The notes under the pieces: generated by a model
Seen by the model: the letters and a program-made list of their open reading frames with translations, nothing else
The model's database searches: none
Told to the model about the DNA's origin: nothing
Translations under genes and position numbers: made by a program
Assembly: GCA_005191425.1 (NCBI GenBank)
Contig: SUPR01000034.1
Coordinates: forward strand, 1-32,000
Source: Candidatus Helarchaeota ASGARD archaeon Hel_GB_B
GTDB taxonomy: Archaea > Asgardarchaeota > Lokiarchaeia > Helarchaeales > HEL-GB-B
Length of the DNA stretch: 32,000 nt
Direction of reading: 5' to 3'
Shown: one piece after another, positions 28,128 to 32,000 of the stretch
Layout of the letters: each line of letters opens with the position of its first letter
Position numbering within the stretch: the first letter of the stretch is position 1

Positions 28128-29846
28128 TTATTGTTTAATTAATTTATTTGCGTCAAAAATTTCAAGAAAAGCAATATCCCGCTTTAATGATTTTTCATCT
28201 TCAATACTTTGGTTATATACAATAGTATAAGCTTTTTTAATATTAATATAATTACTCCTTATACGCCCTAATGACTGTTCATAACGCTCTAAGGATAAAG
28301 TTGTCCCATAATAAATTGCAACATCTGCTTCAGGTAGATCAGTCCCTTTCTCAATTAATCGCTCAGAAGCAAAAAGAATTTTAGCGGTACCTTTCTTGAA
28401 CTTCATTATCTGTGCGTGTTGTAAATTGCCAGACATTTTACCATGAACATAAGTGCTCTCGATATTTCTTTGAACCATTATATTATGTAAATACTGGGTC
28501 ATATTTACAAATCTACACAGGACTAAGACCTTTTTCCCCTCTTTTATAAAGCGTTCTAGCCAAAATAAAAGGCGTTCTTCTTTTTTAGATAGATATAATT
28601 TGTTAGATTCTTTAATTTCTTTTATTTTTTCGTTCATCTGCTCTTTTATATATTGAAAATTTTCATTATTTAATAAAAATGAATTTTTTATTTTATCGAT
28701 AAACCTAACAAATGCCCTAAATGTATTTTCGAGTAGAGTTTGGCGGGCAATAGTCATTAAAAGAAAAGAACTTGCATGAGTTAACGATTTATTCAAAAAG
28801 TCTTCATCGGTTCTTTCTTTTATTTTCTCTTGTAAATTCTTTTTCCCTAAAATATCATTAATAAATAATAGGCTTCGGTTCGCAGGAATTTTTTCTCGAT
28901 TTGTTAAAATTTTATATGTTTTATTAATTACAGATAAATTTTGAAGTTTAATTTCTTGGATTTTTTTGTCTATATCAATTACCCAATCATCAAATACTTG
29001 AATTCTCTTTAATTGGATCTTAGGTCTGTAATTCTCAAAATCGTCACCGGTAGGGAATATTTGGACAGCCCTTGACTCTCCAAATGTCTTAATTAATAAA
29101 TTTCTTTTTTCTTTTTGTGCTATAGATGCAGTTAACCCAACTATAATTCTATCAGAATTTTCATCAAATACGCCTAATAAATTTAAAAGAGGCTCAAATC
29201 TTTTATTTAGGCGCCAATATTTAGATGAAAACTCCCGTAATACGAAATTTTCAATATCTTCTTTTTTTATTTCATTATATTGTTCCATTAACTCATTTAT
29301 AATATCATCGAATGACCGTCCCCAAGTTGTTTCAATATAACGGATTGTCTCTTCTTTTGTCCGTTTTTTACCATAACTCTGAGCGAAAACATCTAATATC
29401 TCGTCAATAACTATTAATTTCACTTTATTTATTGTTTCCTTATCAATCATTTGAGTTCTTGGCGTTTTTGCAATTAATGAATTTAATAATAAAACAGGTG
29501 TAGCATATATTATCTTGGAAATCCTGGCATGGTCTCTGCTCATTCTAGCAGGAATTTCATTCCGTTCCGGTAATAAAAATAAATTTCCATGACGCCCTAA
29601 CCCATAATCTTGGCTCATTTTAAATAATTGATGTTTTAATTTCCGATCTGCTACTAAATATAATATCTTTTCATCTTCTTTTATTTTCCCATTTTCAATT
29701 AGTCCGTCTACAATTAAACATGAGATTAATGTTTTTCCCATTCCAGTAGGTAATAATATTAGAATAACATTTTTTCCTTCATCTATTTTCAATATTGCTT
29801 GATCTCTCGCATTAGTCTGATAATTTCTCGGAACAATTACATTCAT
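28128..29846 (-). CDS. Superfamily 2 helicase-like protein (Hef/FANCM- or XPB-like core) with no nuclease domain
   Basis: PRNYQ, LPTGMGKT, IDEILD, GLTAS, VHG, EKGTDLPEAD and EQSLGRI motifs. Confidence 0.82.
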   Translation of the reverse strand: MNVIVPRNYQTNARDQAILKIDEGKNVILILLPTGMGKTLISCLIVDGLIENGKIKEDEKILYLVADRKLKHQLFKMSQDYGLGRHGNLFLLPERNEIPARMSRDHARISKIIYATPVLLLNSLIAKTPRTQMIDKETINKVKLIVIDEILDVFAQSYGKKRTKEETIRYIETTWGRSFDDIINELMEQYNEIKKEDIENFVLREFSSKYWRLNKRFEPLLNLLGVFDENSDRIIVGLTASIAQKEKRNLLIKTFGESRAVQIFPTGDDFENYRPKIQLKRIQVFDDWVIDIDKKIQEIKLQNLSVINKTYKILTNREKIPANRSLLFINDILGKKNLQEKIKERTDEDFLNKSLTHASSFLLMTIARQTLLENTFRAFVRFIDKIKNSFLLNNENFQYIKEQMNEKIKEIKESNKLYLSKKEERLLFWLERFIKEGKKVLVLCRFVNMTQYLHNIMVQRNIESTYVHGKMSGNLQHAQIMKFKKGTAKILFASERLIEKGTDLPEADVAIYYGTTLSLERYEQSLGRIRSNYINIKKAYTIVYNQSIEDEKSLKRDIAFLEIFDANKLIKQ

Positions 29847-30196
29847 TTTGTTCGACTTATCTTGATCTGATTAATTTGATTAATTTAGTTTATATTCTTT
29901 ATATTACATATATTTTTTTAAAAATAAAATATATGTCTTATTTTTTCCTAAAATCCCTTTAAAATTTGAAATTTTCAAAATCTATTTAAATAATAATTTA
30001 TTAACATAAACATTTAAAAAAATGACTTGATTGGAACAAATTTTTATATATTTTGCCGATATAAATATTACATAAAATAATTGAATTCAATTTTAATATT
30101 ATAAAATGAAAAAAGGTTTCAACTTGATGAACCCAAAAAAAAGTGGTTTTTTGATTCAATTTAATGATATAGATAATTTATGTAGGTGAACTACTT

Positions 30197-30715
30197 TTGT
30201 TGATTTCAGATCAAGATGAATTTTATATTAATATTATCCAACAAATTCTTGGTGGCGATTCCACAATTATGGATATTGTAAGAGAATTAGAGATCGAAAA
30301 AGAATTAACTGATGAGCAAATCGCCGCAAGATTGGGTATTCGCTTGAATGATATAAGAAGAATTTTATATCAACTATATGAAACAAGATTAGCGGATTGC
30401 CGAAGAGTCCGAGACGAGAAAACTGGCTGGTATGTCTTTTTTTGGCATATGGTCCCTGATAGAATAAATAATGCTATTATTAAGAAAAAAAAGGCAGTAT
30501 TAAATATTCTAAAAGAGCGCTTGAACTACGAAGAATCACACATCTTTTTTAAATGTAATAACCCGAATTGCGCCAGAATTCCATGGGAAATTGCAACAGA
30601 ATCTGGCTTTAGGTGCCCTATTTGTAATAATGACCAGTTGGAGAGTGTTTCAAACCAAGATATTATCGAATTTCTTAAAGATCAAATTTCAAATCTTGAA
30701 AAATCTATTAAATGA
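30197..30715 (+). CDS. tfe: Transcription factor E (TFE / TFIIE-alpha)
   Basis: Winged helix TDEQIA...IRRILYQLY...GWYVFFW; zinc ribbon CNNPNC...FRCPIC; AGGTGA RBS before TTG. Confidence 0.93.
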   Translation: MLISDQDEFYINIIQQILGGDSTIMDIVRELEIEKELTDEQIAARLGIRLNDIRRILYQLYETRLADCRRVRDEKTGWYVFFWHMVPDRINNAIIKKKKAVLNILKERLNYEESHIFFKCNNPNCARIPWEIATESGFRCPICNNDQLESVSNQDIIEFLKDQISNLEKSIK

Positions 30716-31167
30716 TCAATAATTTAAAATTATTTATATTTTCATTTTCATCTCTTAAAGTCATTTTTACCAAAAAAAATCATTTATTTCTATTATTCCT
30801 TTAATTTCTATTCATATTTCATTGTAAATTATAAATATATCCATTTTTAACAATGAAACTTTATTAATTTTTATTAAATTTGGATTTTTTAAAATTATAA
30901 TTAGTAATCACTTCAATTACTTGTTCTTATTTTTTTCAATTAAAATTTTCAATCTTCATAATTCATTTAGTCTATATGTCCATTTTTTTTAATTCGTTCT
31001 ATATTTTTAATTAATATTTCAATTATCATTTATTTGATATATTACAAAAATAATTAAAACATAAACTGTTTTCCTATTTTGAATAAAAATAAATTATTTC
31101 CTTTAGGATAAAATTTAATCTTTTATTAAAATAATTTAAAAAATAATTTATTAATAGGTAAATTAAA

Positions 31168-32000
31168 ATGCCTTCCGAGACATTAAAGACTATTACAGTC
31201 AAATTTTGGAAAATAGAAGCTGGACCAGACGATATTAAAAATAGAGAATTAGATACTCATAATAAATATTCTAATTTAGACAAAGATATGTTTTTATTTG
31301 GAGAATTTTTGATTGATGACCAATTTGGAGGGACTTTTGGTAAAAAAGTGGAAGCATGGTCTATAAATAAAAATAAACCTATAGATATTGACGATATAGA
31401 ATACAATATCTACAAAATTTTTGATGAAAATAATAAATGGGCTGGAACAATTCAAGAGCTACTTATCGATGAAATTTGTCAATCATATAAGTCAGACCCA
31501 AAAATTATTTTTTCAGTAGACTTAAAAGGTGGTAAAAATATTTTTAATTTAATACAGCGCCCTGATTTCTTTATTTTTCCATTTATATTAAACCCCAAGT
31601 CAAAAGATGTTGAATATTTTATTCTTAAGAAAAAAAGTATTTCAATTGGTACAGATTGGGATTTAAAAAGGTGTATCCTTGGAGATGTTAAAGTCGCCGA
31701 AATTGATTCTAAAAGAGGAGGTAAAAAAGTTAAAATCTCAATCTATAACGAAGACCTCGCAAAAAATGACCTATTTTTGAAATATATTATTTTGTTTACC
31801 ATAACAATTCCATATCAAGAAGAAATTAAATCCAGAATAAAATTATATTCAAATTCTATTAAAGAAGGGACACTTATTCTACATATTTCAGATAGTGTTC
31901 TAAAACTTTCAGCTCAAAAAGTCATTCCAGATTCAAGTCAACCTGCGACTTCTAAAAAAGTTTCTAAGAAGGTTAAAAAGAAAACTATAGAAAAAGAGAC
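31168..32000 (+). CDS. Partial ORF (more than 277 aa) running off the window end; possible Tubby/LURP-one-like beta-barrel; absent from the ORF track
   Basis: Hand translation from ATG 31168 (MPSETLKTITVKFWKIEAGPDD...) is stop-free to 32000; AGGT lies upstream. Confidence 0.8.
   Translation, partial: MPSETLKTITVKFWKIEAGPDDIKNRELDTHNKYSNLDKDMFLFGEFLIDDQFGGTFGKKVEAWSINKNKPIDIDDIEYNIYKIFDENNKWAGTIQELLIDEICQSYKSDPKIIFSVDLKGGKNIFNLIQRPDFFIFPFILNPKSKDVEYFILKKKSISIGTDWDLKRCILGDVKVAEIDSKRGGKKVKISIYNEDLAKNDLFLKYIILFTITIPYQEEIKSRIKLYSNSIKEGTLILHISDSVLKLSAQKVIPDSSQPATSKKVSKKVKKKTIEKE

Noticed and set aside
16086-29846. PLD plus SF2 helicase as a DISARM-like defence system
   Set aside because: The genes are about 11 kb apart, separated by metabolic genes, and no methyltransferase or DrmA/B-type partner is present.
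30716-31167. Purine-skewed minus strand suggesting a hidden or decayed gene
   Set aside because: The frames I translated stop within about 20 codons, with no recognisable homology; consistent with an AT-rich spacer.

Overview
An AT-rich archaeal chromosomal window with about 32 protein-coding genes and long AT-rich spacers. I found no rRNA, tRNA, CRISPR array or mobile element. The archaeal assignment rests on tfe, a GPN-loop GTPase, F420-dependent mer, a COG1340-type coiled-coil protein, a CdrS-like RHH protein and GGTGA-type ribosome-binding sites. The ubiquitin-like and TPR/SCP2 proteins suggest an Asgard lineage, possibly Helarchaeales/Lokiarchaeia-like (inference only). Most genes are housekeeping or metabolic: S8 protease, nitroreductase, PHP, thiL, two GNATs, MBL hydrolase, CinA-N, SDR, ROK, MaoC, a DRE-TIM synthase, TatD, an SF2 helicase and TFE. 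The most unusual items are: (1) a 916-aa membrane protein with nine TPR/SNAP-like repeats around an SCP2-like lipid-binding domain; (2) a CoA-transferase-fold A/B pair that lacks the canonical beta-subunit catalytic Glu and looks IpdAB-like; (3) a Mer with a ~45-aa His/Cys zinc-finger-like insertion; (4) a 58-aa ubiquitin-like protein without diGly, tightly coupled to a polytopic membrane protein; (5) an RHH gene missed by the ORF track, with a 15-bp inverted repeat over its promoter; (6) a frameshifted Lrp gene; (7) a GPN GTPase whose signature reads GLN. All family assignments come from reading motifs by eye; no database searches were run.
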